From positions 32,001-96,000 of the IMG/VR virus record IMGVR_UViG_3300025636_000001: a stretch of 64,000 nucleotides of DNA; one strand, given 5' to 3'. Under the pieces are notes generated by a model. The model was not told the origin of the DNA, made no database searches, and saw only the letters and a program-made list of their open reading frames with translations. A program made the position numbers and the translations under genes. This stretch comes from a virus. Each line of letters opens with the position of its first letter. Position 1 is the first letter of the stretch. Shown one piece after another: positions 9,401 to 21,200 of the stretch.

Positions 9401-12247
9401 TCTTTCTTCAATTCTATCTAGAACTTCTTGTCTTTTAGCATGCCACATCTTTTTCATTAATGCAATTAAAGTGTCTTCTGCTGTATTTGTATCTCTCGTG
9501 TAATAATCCGTAAGGCTCATATCTTCAATTACTGAATGAAATAAATCTTCAAATGGATCAACAACTTCACCTGTTATTGGATCCACATAAGGAGCAAAGT
9601 CTTTACTTGAATTTTCTCTAACAATGGCCTTAACATGTGTAAACAAAGCTTCATCAATAACACTTTGTTTTTCTGAAGTAGATTCACCTAATCTATTTAA
9701 TGTATTTTGTATCTGAAGTATGATATCCTTTTGTGTTGTATTTAAACCCGCAATGGAAGGAAGCTTATATAAACCTTCAAAGGTTTTAATAAAGTTTTCA
9801 TAGTTTCTTGCTCTTGTTAAATACAAAGGATTAGAAGCATTATCTTTATTTAAAAGATATTTTTCATACTCCTCTAATTCTTTTTTAATATCAAGAAGTA
9901 ATTCTGTAAATACTCTAGGTGCTTCTCCTGTCTCTGTTAGTGCAATTGTTGTTAATGCAATGTTTGAACTTAATCTTTCAACAGCATCTTCTTTAGTTCT
10001 ATCCATATAAACAGCAGACTTTACTGTTTCTATAACATCACGTCTTGTTGTAAGACTTTTTCTGTATTCTTTAATAGCACCTATATACATGTTTTGTTCC
10101 AACCCACCAAACTCTGTTGGGCCAGCTAAATCCATGTTCTTTATATCACCAAGATCTTGACCATCAAATTTTTCAATAGCAGTATCTGTTTCATTTAGAA
10201 GCTTTTCTAATTCTGCTTTAGATTGTTTGTTTACTTTTTTAGGTACTAAGGCATTAACATAAGGCTCATTTTGATTTAGTGGATGAAATACAACATTCTC
10301 TATTTCAAAATTTCCATTAAACTTTTGATCTTTCCCTTTACCTGTTATATCCACCCATAAGTGATGAGTGCTTGCACCTTGTTCACTTGCATCAACTTCA
10401 TAACCCATATTTTCAAGCATCCTTCTATATAAGTTTACTTGAAGATTGTGTTTTTGTTTTGTTGATAGAGTCTTTACACCGTAAGCTTTTAGTAAAGAGT
10501 CATCTTTTAAATCCCACTTATTATTATACTTACCATCTTCACTTGTTGATAATCTATTCTTACTTGTCTTTAAATCTAAAATCTTCAGCTTTCCCTGGGG
10601 TGTTATTGCAAGTAAATCTATAGTTCCTGCAATATTAACACCGTCTGCATTTTCACCATGCACTACAACTTGAGGAACTAAAATATCTCCATCATTGGTT
10701 ATTGCTTTTATATAACCGTCCATTGAATAGTAAGCTCTTGTTAGCTGTTCATCTGTTAAGATTTGCATACCCGCTTCTTTCACATCAGCTAGGGATTTTC
10801 CTAATACTATAGCTTCTGCTATATTATCAAAGTCATTACCTACAGCTAAATTAAGTTCTACATCATCAAGATTTTCCATCTTACCACCTATAGCAGTTGT
10901 TGATGAAACATATTCAATTGATAAATCTTTTAGATTATAGTATGTATGATTCTTCTCATTTAGAATTACTATGTCATCATTGTTTCCAACATCTTTTTTA
11001 CCAGCACTAAATGTAGGAGTCTCTCCCTTTCTTTGTTGTGCAGCATGAAATAGTTTATCTAAAACAATTTTTTGAGCGTCATTAGCATTTCTTCTTATCT
11101 GATCAAGTGCTGTTTGTTTTTCTTCAGATAATGAATATCTAACTTTAGAATCTACTTTCTTCTCTAATATAAATTGCAATTCACTTGTATTCAAAAGTTT
11201 TGCAACATCAGATAAGTTTGATCCGGGTTTTATTTTATCTACTTTAAGTTTAGCAGTACCACCAGTGTATGCTTCATGAAGATTTTTAATTACACCTAAG
11301 AACCAATTTAGGAACTCATTGATTTTATCTTTAAAAGATTTAGTGGGTGTGTTCTCAAATTCATTTGAAAAATATCTTGTAAGAGCTTGTGTTACCAACT
11401 CTAGTTCTCTGTGTCTTTCACTAAACTTTCTATACTTGGTATTATAAGCTTCATCTATTTCCTGCTTTAATATAGGAAAGTTTGCAGCAGCTTCATCGTA
11501 AAGAGTTTTAAACAGCTCTGGGTTGTCTACATACACAGCATCAATAAAAGGGTGTAAGACCTCTTCTATAGCTATATCATGTGTCACTTTACCTTTAATT
11601 AAAACAGCAGTTTGATTTACATAAAAACTTCTTACCTGTGAAAAAGGTGTTTTGTTTTTTTGATATGCTGGTAATGTATCATACAAGTTCTCTGCTTCTT
11701 TAGCAGATAAGATCTTAATTGCTAAACCTGGGAACATTTTTTGTATGTGACTTAACACATCTACTGTATGTGTACCTGCAGCTCTTCTGCTTTTTGGTAA
11801 AACATCCACAGGCATTAAAGCATCTTCATTTATAGAGATCCTTCTTGACCTCCTTGTTATAGTATCATTTATAACATCTCTTGGTATTTTATTTTTATCT
11901 AAGTATCCAAGTAATCTATTATAATTAATCTTTAGACTTTTAGGGTTACCAACCATTTCACCATCTCTTGTGTTGTTGAGATAGTAACCACCATACTTTT
12001 CAGAATAATGTATAATTTTATTTCTAACAAGGTTGGCAATCAAAGCATCTGTAAAAGCCTTTGTCTTTAATGAAAAAGACATATTAAGTTCTTCTTGCAC
12101 TTGCTTTGCTTGCTCTACCGTAGGAAACTCTTCTGAGTTATTTAATGATTGCCATTTTTCAATTAAACTATCAACAACCATATTGTCTTTAAACTCCTCA
12201 CTTAAAGACTGATACTCAGGTAAATTTTTATTATAACACTTAGCCAT
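6485..12247 (-). CDS. Giant virion cargo protein with PD-(D/E)xK nuclease domain and degenerate zincin-like motif
   Basis: 1920 aa; IAGTIDLL..KILDLKTS..HNLQVNLY (about 10428-10630); IEEVLHPF (11552-11566); adjacent to the vRNAP gene as in crAss-like phages. Confidence 0.8.
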   Translation of the reverse strand: MAKCYNKNLPEYQSLSEEFKDNMVVDSLIEKWQSLNNSEEFPTVEQAKQVQEELNMSFSLKTKAFTDALIANLVRNKIIHYSEKYGGYYLNNTRDGEMVGNPKSLKINYNRLLGYLDKNKIPRDVINDTITRRSRRISINEDALMPVDVLPKSRRAAGTHTVDVLSHIQKMFPGLAIKILSAKEAENLYDTLPAYQKNKTPFSQVRSFYVNQTAVLIKGKVTHDIAIEEVLHPFIDAVYVDNPELFKTLYDEAAANFPILKQEIDEAYNTKYRKFSERHRELELVTQALTRYFSNEFENTPTKSFKDKINEFLNWFLGVIKNLHEAYTGGTAKLKVDKIKPGSNLSDVAKLLNTSELQFILEKKVDSKVRYSLSEEKQTALDQIRRNANDAQKIVLDKLFHAAQQRKGETPTFSAGKKDVGNNDDIVILNEKNHTYYNLKDLSIEYVSSTTAIGGKMENLDDVELNLAVGNDFDNIAEAIVLGKSLADVKEAGMQILTDEQLTRAYYSMDGYIKAITNDGDILVPQVVVHGENADGVNIAGTIDLLAITPQGKLKILDLKTSKNRLSTSEDGKYNNKWDLKDDSLLKAYGVKTLSTKQKHNLQVNLYRRMLENMGYEVDASEQGASTHHLWVDITGKGKDQKFNGNFEIENVVFHPLNQNEPYVNALVPKKVNKQSKAELEKLLNETDTAIEKFDGQDLGDIKNMDLAGPTEFGGLEQNMYIGAIKEYRKSLTTRRDVIETVKSAVYMDRTKEDAVERLSSNIALTTIALTETGEAPRVFTELLLDIKKELEEYEKYLLNKDNASNPLYLTRARNYENFIKTFEGLYKLPSIAGLNTTQKDIILQIQNTLNRLGESTSEKQSVIDEALFTHVKAIVRENSSKDFAPYVDPITGEVVDPFEDLFHSVIEDMSLTDYYTRDTNTAEDTLIALMKKMWHAKRQEVLDRIEERKSFVLYASRLAKLSPGKNAKEIYEFMIELDENGVHTGELVKKIGPQYYDKFNALYKSLRDSNGEMIMYRPIGDISKAKPEDIAFNQELYRKKQEYRKFMQAEVVNDDGTTETGEYHTYNSEFINARNKNEIQLDNGRWVYNGSKGKEQEMYYNKYYNVVKYNQAIMKDGVFTGKVVEKEGVFPKKEYVEILETSKSGQIMTSDKYRAIMDAPQTDALASARKAYYIAYTALWKDLNDKLPDGVGSYMYGKSPRVRGNFSSYAKNKPTGAKALWAATKTNTKEFFSTTTRLTKVNVNEKGEMVDGIPIMYTGNLRQAEDVEAIENKIAELKNQYGNSTAATSQSYLKKLQKLESELVAVRSKPAAEELSYDLTEAIMKYAAMAENYEVMSGVEETMLAFQEVINKREYSKRVTTVKKVARKAKKLTGGRSVDDTPADQKARNTKEAAKKFMEMVFYDSDDMTKNQFEKIIDGVLGWTSLSYVAFNVFGNFNNYVIARVNNGIEVMGQRFFARDAYIRASKEFNTRAIPDFIRRTAHDVTAVRSSGRYDPYEPTSKFEGFVDLFRMMDNKGDLRESGGVTDRTGKSYYDRFKEFGYLLQDAAEYNVQTKIGMAIVMDTYILNKDTGEILSLYDAFEFSGDQKLELKEGFTTIIKPKKEIPTFKQALKGNNIKKDEQGNMLYDEVGEYNDKFRYDLRMKIREVNKQIHGNYAAEDKVVLQQLYVGKLLFQFHKWVAPAIRARYQREYFDENLGWMEGRIRSWWSFVKYMSEAGLGKLKGDLNKGMTVQGYIDSIARLNNDKEISESERQRIENKILNVHRFNGELATIGLTFLIINLFDSILLSDDDDSDFVKKLKNIARYQADRTKKELLIFVPSSSGLTQTVEFFDSPFAITRTLGEMGGLIDASWDYGTSGIKYMVTGNEDDWYYNKDVYYQRGRRAGKLKVGKEFMDIVPILYTIKKWQDYIQLNNFFIK

Positions 12248-12254
12248 TATTTAT

Positions 12255-15200
12255 TTATTTTAAGTAACACTTTCTCAAGTGCTCTTCATATTGTGATTCT
12301 TCTGTGAATGCGCTCTTCTTAAATGATTCTTTAAGAGAATTTAAATCTGATATGTTAACACCATCTTTTTTCATTTTTTGGATTGCTCCAGGTGTTGTTT
12401 TTAAATCATCCAGCAATATACTAAAATTATCTGTCAAGCCTAAATTCATAGCTGATAATTCTTCAACATCAAATAAATCTAATTGAGCATTTTCAACCTC
12501 ACTAGCTTGTTGTGTTGGTTGTTTAGATATAAAAGCGGTAAGTTTATCATTCACTTCCTCTGAAACCTCTGCTGGTATATCTGCTTGAGTTAGATCTGCA
12601 ATATTTTTTCCTTCAACTTCAATACCTTTTTCTGTAGCAGTTCTTGTTAAGTTGTTTAAACTACCAAACTCTGCAATATTATCAGGCATTGTAATGTCAT
12701 CTGGAATTGTATCCATATTAAAATCAACATCAATTGAATCAAACCTATCAGAAACATACAAGTCTTTTGTTTTAGGTCTTTGGAAGTTATCATTATTAAA
12801 GATAAACCCTATTGCATTTTGGTAATAAGAACCTTCTAAATCAAACCTTTCATAAACGCCTTCTGTTAATACTGAACCATCTATGTTATCAACAGGAACT
12901 TCTAAATTTTTATTACCCCCTTTAACTAGTATGTAGTATTGTTTTTGAACACCTATTGGATTTTTAGTTTCTCTAGAAATGAATTTAGGGAAAACTATAG
13001 CAGGTAATCCATCTTCTTCTACAGCTCTAGATACTCTAATTATGTCTTTGTTATCTTTATCAACATTTACTTTGTACCCATTGTCTTCATTAAAAACAAA
13101 ATAATCAGGTTTTATATTTTTAGAAAATGCAGCAGATCTACCATAATTATTTATAAAATCTTTGCTCATATCTTCTAAGCTTTCACCAAACACCTTTTCA
13201 AATTCAACTTGACCTTTGAATGCTTTGAATACTTCTGTACTAGAAGATAAATATTTTTCAAGACCAAATGGAGTGATTGCTTCTAATAGACTACCAGCAG
13301 CTAGACTTAAACCATCCTTAGCCATTATATAATGAAGTATGTTAACTGCCTCTTTTCTTGTTTTAATATCACCATATAAAGCTTGGAAACCATTTTGAAT
13401 TCTTACCTTCTCATTATCACTGAGCTTTCCAAAGCCTCGTGTAGTTGCAATATTCATCCCAGTTTTATTATCTTCTGCATTTACAGTTTTTGTAAATACA
13501 AAATAATCTAGGAAATAATTATCTCCAACATTAAAGTTACTCTTAAGATCTTTAATTACAGTAGTAATATTAAAGTCACTGTTTTCACTTGGATACAAAA
13601 ATTCATTTGATAATGATGCACCAACAAGAGAACCTGCTTCTCTATCAAATAGATCTTTTATGTAAGCTTTTATTGTAAAGTAAGACAATATATCTTTCTG
13701 AACTTGTGCTTTTAGTTTAGCACCTTCAGGTCCAAAAGAAACATTAGCATAAGACATTACACCACTAAAAATACGTTTAAAAGCAGGACTTTGAGAAGTG
13801 AATACTTCCGGTAAAACATTTCTTTTAAAGTCTTCAAATACTCTTATGTTTTGACCTATGTAATGACGTACAGGTTTATCTTTTGTTAAGTCAGTACTAA
13901 ATGCATTTCTTAAATCAAATATTAATTCTTTTGTTCTGATCTTATCTTTCATTTCTGAATTAGATGTATATAAGCCAGCTTTTTCTATTGACTCATCTAC
14001 ACTTAACAAAGAAGAAAAATCTTTACCAAAACCTTTATTTAATTGAAATATAGCTTGAAGATTATCAACTTCTTTTGTTAATCTATCCACCTTTAATACT
14101 TCAAGAAGTAAACCTAATAAAGCTCCGGGCTTTTCATTACCTTCTATACCTTCACTTAAAGTTTTAGTTGTTACTCTTTCAGGTTTAACACCTCCAGCAT
14201 TTAAATCTTTAATTATTTCTCTGATCTGACCAACAGGACTCTCAGTTTCTAAAGCTTCTCTTATGGCTTTTACATTTACAAGCATTGTTGCTTGCTCCAA
14301 AGGAACACCAAATGAGACCATGCTTAATACATACTTAATACCTTTTTTATTATATCCAAGTTTACTTAATAAGCGTTCTTTAGCATCATCTGTTGCAAGT
14401 GTTATTAAGTTGGATAATACATACTGTGTTCTTTGCAACTCACCATTAGAGTCTATTTCATTTACAAATCTATTATAAGATTTCCCATCTACTTGTAATT
14501 CAAACCATTCTGAAGAAATATTCATTTCTCTTAAAAAGTTTATAATTGTAGCTGGTGGTACAACACCTCCAATAAGGCCTGAGTTTTCTTTAACATTTTT
14601 ATGACTATAGAACTGACCAACTAGATTATCAATAGCAATACCCTCATCTTTAGTGTACGTTTTAAGTATACTAAATCTTTCACTTAAATCTTGCCATACT
14701 TGTTTAACAGCCTCAATGTCTGCGGGCTGATAAGATAAAGGAACAGAATCATCTTTACTTTCAGTAAGTTTAGTGTTACCAACAAGAGTATACTTTAGAT
14801 CAACTAGTTTATTAGTGATTGCAGCTTTGTACGGTTCTACATCATTATCCTTAATATAATCTTTATACTCTTTTTGAGTTAAAGGTAAACCTAACATGGT
14901 TGCACCATCTATTGCTTCTGAAGTATATCCAAGTTCTAATAGTTCTTTTATCTCAGCTAATGACTTAGTCTCAACCTCAGATGAAAGACCACCATCTTCA
15001 TACTTTGAATAAGCTTCATTTAAGTTGCTGCCTTTTTCTGCCACCTTTTTATTAGTATACTTAATGTAATCAGCATATCCTTCTTCTCCCTTTCTGCTAC
15101 CATATTCAATGAATTTACCGTCTTGGTAATACCATTCTTTAATTGCAGCATATACTTTATCAATATCAAAATCCGCTCCTGATATTTTAATTAAGTCTTC

Positions 15201-18200
15201 AGGGAATATTGCAGTTGATCCATAATATACAGGTAAGAAATCAACAACCTTTGAAGCCATTGAAGAGTGTTTATCTTGTGTAGGTATCCTAACAGCAAAC
15301 ATCTTAGCTACAGAATCAGGTACATCTTTAATATTTTTATTTTCTAAATAACGCATCACTTCTTCATGATGAGCAGGCATTAGTGTTTCAGCATATCTGA
15401 CATTAGTTGGCACCCAAGTTGAAGGATCATTTGGATTAACCATATTATATTCTTTCATGTCATAACGCAATCTATCTAAAACAACAATTGGTTTAGAAGG
15501 ATCAGATTCAAGTTGTTGTTGTGCTGATTGTAAATCTTCAGCATTAGTTATATCTAATAACTTTTGACCATTATATTGGTTAGAGTTTTTTCTTCTAATA
15601 ACTCTTTGTTTATCTGGTCTACCCGTCTCATCAAATGAATATATCTCTCTAATAACTGGAACACCAAAGTCAGACATCAATGCTAAAGTAACACCTGGTA
15701 CTTTTTGAGACAATACTTTTTTACTAAAGTATGCCATAAAGAACTGTTCAAACTTCTGACTGATTATAGGATTATTTAATTCATATTTAGGTTTACCATC
15801 TTCTTCTGTAAAGAATTCTATTTCTTTACTACTTGCCGCAGATGATTTTAAGTTAGCCTGAGCTGTTTTAATAAAAGAATATAAATTAGGCTCAATATTC
15901 ATTTGCTCTAATACTTCTTCATCTAAGTGAGGTATTAAATCAAATATTAAATTCTTTTTACCAATATATTCAAAATCCAATCCTGCAGCTGTAAGCTTAT
16001 GATATTCACTTACAACATCAGCCATTGGCAGTTCAACACCATCAATAACAACTTTAAAGTCTTTATCATTTATATCTTGTTCAGAAGATATAATTGTTTT
16101 AATTTGACTAGGATCTGTTATTAAAAGTTTGTTTGAAGGGTTTACCATTTGTCTACCAAAATCTTTGGCGTCTAACAAGGTAACATGCTCTTCATTTAAA
16201 ACCATTGTTTCAGCAGTCATGCTTTCATTGTCAATGACATTTTGCTTTAACATTTTAACAGCTGACTCAGGAGCACCTATAGCAATCTTATCACCATTTT
16301 GAGACTCCCACCTTTCCATGTTTTCACGTAAGTTGTGCAACCTTTCCATTCCTACTTTAGCTACCCACGCACCTTCTTCATTTTGATAAGAGGTAAGTTC
16401 TTTTGTTAAGACAACTGTAGATGTTTTGATAAATGTTTGACCATTACCAAAAACATATTTTTTAGAATTTAATGGAGCATGCTTAGAGAATTTTTTTAAG
16501 TAATTATTAAACCACTCATTATCCACACTTTCCCCAGCTTCAATTTTATCATACATTTTAGCTAAGTCACTATTTAAGCTACCTAAACCAAATGCAGAAT
16601 AACGTGCACCTTTGATTGTTTGATATGATTGTGCATCAGCTTTATCACCACCATCTTCTGTTGAAGGATCTGTGAATGTAAACAATCCAATAGATTTATC
16701 ACCAAGTGTATGAGATATACCAAAAGAATCATCCTTTGGTAAGAAATCAAAAGCAATAGAATCATGAGCTGCGTTTTGCATCTTAGCTCTTTTTATTGGA
16801 TCTACTACAGCATCTTTAAATAGTTTAGCTTCTTCACCCAATATTAGTTCATTGATTGCCATTGTATTCAACCAGTTGCTAATAAAGATCTGAGCAAGGT
16901 TTGCTTTTTCATTCTTTCTAAATACATTAAGCTTTTCCATACTGTTTGAAGCTGCTTCTGTATCTGGGAATATACCTTTTGCGTGTTGTGATATACCTTG
17001 TAATTTTCCAGATGCTAGATCTTGGAACTCTTTTATATAATCTTTTAATTTATTATTAAGCTCTGTCTTGTATTCTTTGCTAAATACGTCATCAAAGTTT
17101 TTACCTTCAGCTGCTGCTTTAATTAATTCATTCTGAGTTTCTTCACTTATAAGTTCAGCACCCTTAAAGAATTTAAATCCACGTCCATTCTTACTATCAT
17201 TATAACCTTTTATGTTACCAGGTCCATTTAAATCATATTCTTGATTATTTTTCTGAATAACATTATATTCTGTTTTAAGTCTGTTAACAAACTGATCAAA
17301 TGCTTCAGGTGTCAATACAACATATTTACCATCTGAACTTAACTTAACACTTTTTATAATAGGTAGTCTTGTACTATCACCTGTGTTAGATGATTCAATT
17401 ATTCTTATAAATACTGGTGCTAATGCAACATTAGCTGCAGTTTCTACTTTGTTTGATTTTGTATTAAACCCTTCAAAGTAATTATTTATAAGGTTAGTTA
17501 CAAACTCAACAGAAGTAAACTTACCATACTTCTTACCTTGTATAGATCTTCTTGATAAGTCATCAGCATCTTGGAGATCCATTGACTCCATGTTTTCTGC
17601 AAGCATGTTTGAACCAGCCGTTCTAATTAACTGAAGTTGTTTGGATGCTGACAATTCTAAGAAAGCTTCTGAATTAAGTAAAGTATTATCAGGGAACTCT
17701 GATTGAAGTTTTCTAATAACCTCTTGATCAGATAACTGAATCATTCTTCTTGAATGTAGAGTTTGATTTTGATGTGCATATATTAGATTTCTTTCAGGAT
17801 CTTCAAACACAGTATTACCAACCGTCTCATCAAACTCTGCATTTCCTAATGCTATTTGTTTCAGCCTAGAGCTAATACCTTTTTCGGCATCATCAATAAA
17901 TAAATTCTCAGGTAGTGGTTTTGCTGTTTCTTTATCCTTACCTGTTAATTTGTTATTAATTAAAACTAAATCTTCTTTAGTAAGCAACCTTGCATTTCTA
18001 CCAATATCTTTTAGTGTTTCTTGATACTTAGTTAATTTACCAGATATAGCATTAGCTATACTAATTTCTATATAAAGAGGACTGAGTTTTATACCTAACT
18101 GATCATTAATAAGTTTAGAATACATTAAAGATTTAGCTCCTAGTTCTTTATTTGTAATTCTAGTTCTCTTCTCAGAGAAATTAGTCAAGTCTTTTAAAAG

Positions 18201-21200
18201 CATGTTTACACCAGAAACTGCTTCTCTTATACTAGCATTATCATTTCTAAATATTTCAAACTTATCATTAAATAACTTTTTCCAATAATCTATTTGAGCA
18301 TTAGCAGCATCCCTATTGGAAGCTGATATAATTCTAACTTTACCTGTGTTAGGGTCAGTTAATTGGAAAATGTAATCAAATCTAGCATTCTTAAATGTTG
18401 TCATAAATTGATTAAACAACATTGAGTTATCTATTGTATTTGGTATCTGACCTGTTTCTTGAAATTCATTTATATCAATACCTGTTACTCTAAATAATTC
18501 ATCTATTACAGCAGCCGTGTTTTCATTTCTACGTGAGAAGTAATACATCTTCTCTAACATTTTTGCATCACTGGTTTCATTCATACCAGCTAACATTAGA
18601 CCGTTATAAACATCTACATGATTTACAGGAACTCTTATTGGTGTACCATCCATCAATTCAACGTTACCAAACATATCTTTAGATTGTATGGATACACCTG
18701 CTATAAAGGTTCTTACTTCTTTTGTAGCTGAGTTATAACCACCGGTCTGATTAGCATCTTTAGTATAGTCACCAACCTTTCTTGATCCATAGTCATCCTC
18801 ATCTTCTTCAAGCTGCTCATCCATCTCATCAAACTTGAGATTTAAAATATCAAGATATTGAACAACAGATTCTTTGACAGCTTTACCATCTTGAAGATTA
18901 AGTGCTTCATTTAGTTGTTCAACAGTATCTAATTCAACGTCAGAAAGACTTGCATAGATATCTCTCTCTGAATCATAAAGATCTGCAAAATCAATAATGA
19001 TAGTATCTAATAACTCTTCATCTTGCAACTCACTATAATCTGATTGACCTCTTTTTAAAACAAATATCTGTCCAATCATTCTTGTAAGAATATCTGCTTT
19101 TGAAGGATCTAAATATTTAGCTGATTTTAATTTATTACCTCTTATAATTTTATAAGGTATTGCTTTAAATGCATCTAGGGCTACACCAGACTCTAAAGAT
19201 CTTGTGTATTGATTATCTAATATTTGACCACCTCTGTATTTACCTGCATCAATTCTTTCATAAAATAAATCAAGTTCATTTTTTCTGAATGATTTTAAAA
19301 CAGACTTAATCCACTCAACAACACGGTTAAAGAAACTCTTAATTGCTGAGCTAGTTTTAGTACTTCTTGGGTTTGTTTTAAAAGCTTGGAATTGATCTGC
19401 CATATACTCTTCCAAGTATTCACGTTCTAAAGCTTGTTTAGATAGTGCTCTATACTTTGGATGTCTATTTGCAAATCTGCTAATGTCTTCTTGTAAAGCT
19501 TCAGTTGTTTTAAACTTCTTTCTTACTTCATCTTTAGCAAGTTTTAATAATCCGTTTTGCTCTTCAGTTGTAAGTAACATTCTAAATATAGCATGGAAAG
19601 ATTCATGATAACCTATACCATTAGACGGACCCGTATAAATAGTACCTTCTATATTAAGACCACCAGCAATATTTCTCAAAGCCATTGTAAACTGACCTAC
19701 AGTTGTACCTGTACTTTTAAGACGTGACTTAATCTCAGATAAATCTTTGATCTTAATAAAATCAGGTAAGTTCTGAGCTGCCCATTCTAAGAACTCATCT
19801 ATAGACTCTTCTTTCTGTAAAGACTCAGAAGGATCTAATATCTTAAATGCACTCTCATCAGTACTTCTTCTTTCTAGTTCATCCAGTTGATCCATCAAGC
19901 TGACATACAACTCAGAATTTTTTCTAAGAGTTGCTTGATGTTGACCGGTTCTTTTAGCTTCAGCAGCTATACGTCTCTTCTCTTTTTTTATTGCAGCTTC
20001 TACTTCAGCTATTTCTTCCTCTAAAGATTTAGATTCTTCAACAGGTTTTTGATATGATTTACTCATGATAAGCAATTCAAGCTCATCACTATTCATTTTT
20101 AATATCTCTTGTTCTCTAGCATCTAATGAGTCTCTACCTTCTTGGACTACTTTATTTACAATAGCAACTTTTATTGATCTAGGTAGATCTTTAAAGTCAT
20201 TACTTTTAAATTCATTATAACGCTCATCACTCATTTCTTGCAAGCTGTTATCTTCTTGTAATAACTCTTCTGCACGTTTTTGCTCTAATATTTTATTAAT
20301 CTCCGCTACCTTATCTTGGAATATAGCCTTCTCTTCTATTGTAAGAGAGTTAGGGTTATTAACATATTTGTTTGCTATCCTTTCTAAAGTTTCTTGTGAT
20401 ACAATACCTTTAGCAACAAACTGAGTATATTCATCAGACTGTGTGTTAACTGGTTTTGATGGTTGTACCATTTCAAGACCCTTAACCATTTCATCAGTTG
20501 TATCAAGCTTTACTCTAACACCTTTAAGAACACGTGGATCTAAGTTTGTTTTGGTGCTACTAAGCATTTGTTGTAAAGATGCCGATAATGGGAAAGTTTC
20601 TCTTATATTATTGTCCCCAAAGCTAAATGGATATTCAACTGTTTTATTAAACTTTATAATCTTTTCATTTTTATTAAGCAATGAATATAAAGTTAAAATG
20701 TCATCAGGGTTTAATCCATCTAGTTCAGATGCTTTAAAACTTTCACTTACTGTAAAACCTGTTTCATCTACTTTAAATCTTAAATAAATATCTCCTTTTG
20801 ATGAAACGTTTAAATCTAAATATGATTTTACTGATGGATTAGTTGCACTGAAAAATTTATTATTAAATTGCTTATTCCAATCAAGTAAAGACATGCTCTT
20901 TTTTGTAGCACCAACCTTAGTAGTTGTTTGTGGTGCTGATTCTAAAGCAGCTAATTCTGCATCATATTTAGCATTAATTTTGTTAGTATTTGTTACACCT
21001 TCTTTAAAATTATCTAATTCATTTAATAATGCAAACAATTCATCTCCTAAAAATTCACCTCCAAAAGGTAAAAGTTGAGTTAGTTTATTTTTATATTTAG
21101 AATCAACTACCTTATCTCCATTTACAAAAGACATTTTTAATATTTTGTTTTCTAAATTTTCTTTTGTAGGAATATTATTTAACTCTTCTTGCCTTCTTTT

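Noticed and set aside
10420-10630. Cas4/CRISPR adaptation gene
   Set aside because: The nuclease motif lacks the Fe-S cysteines of Cas4, is a domain of a 1920-aa protein, and has no cas genes or array nearby.
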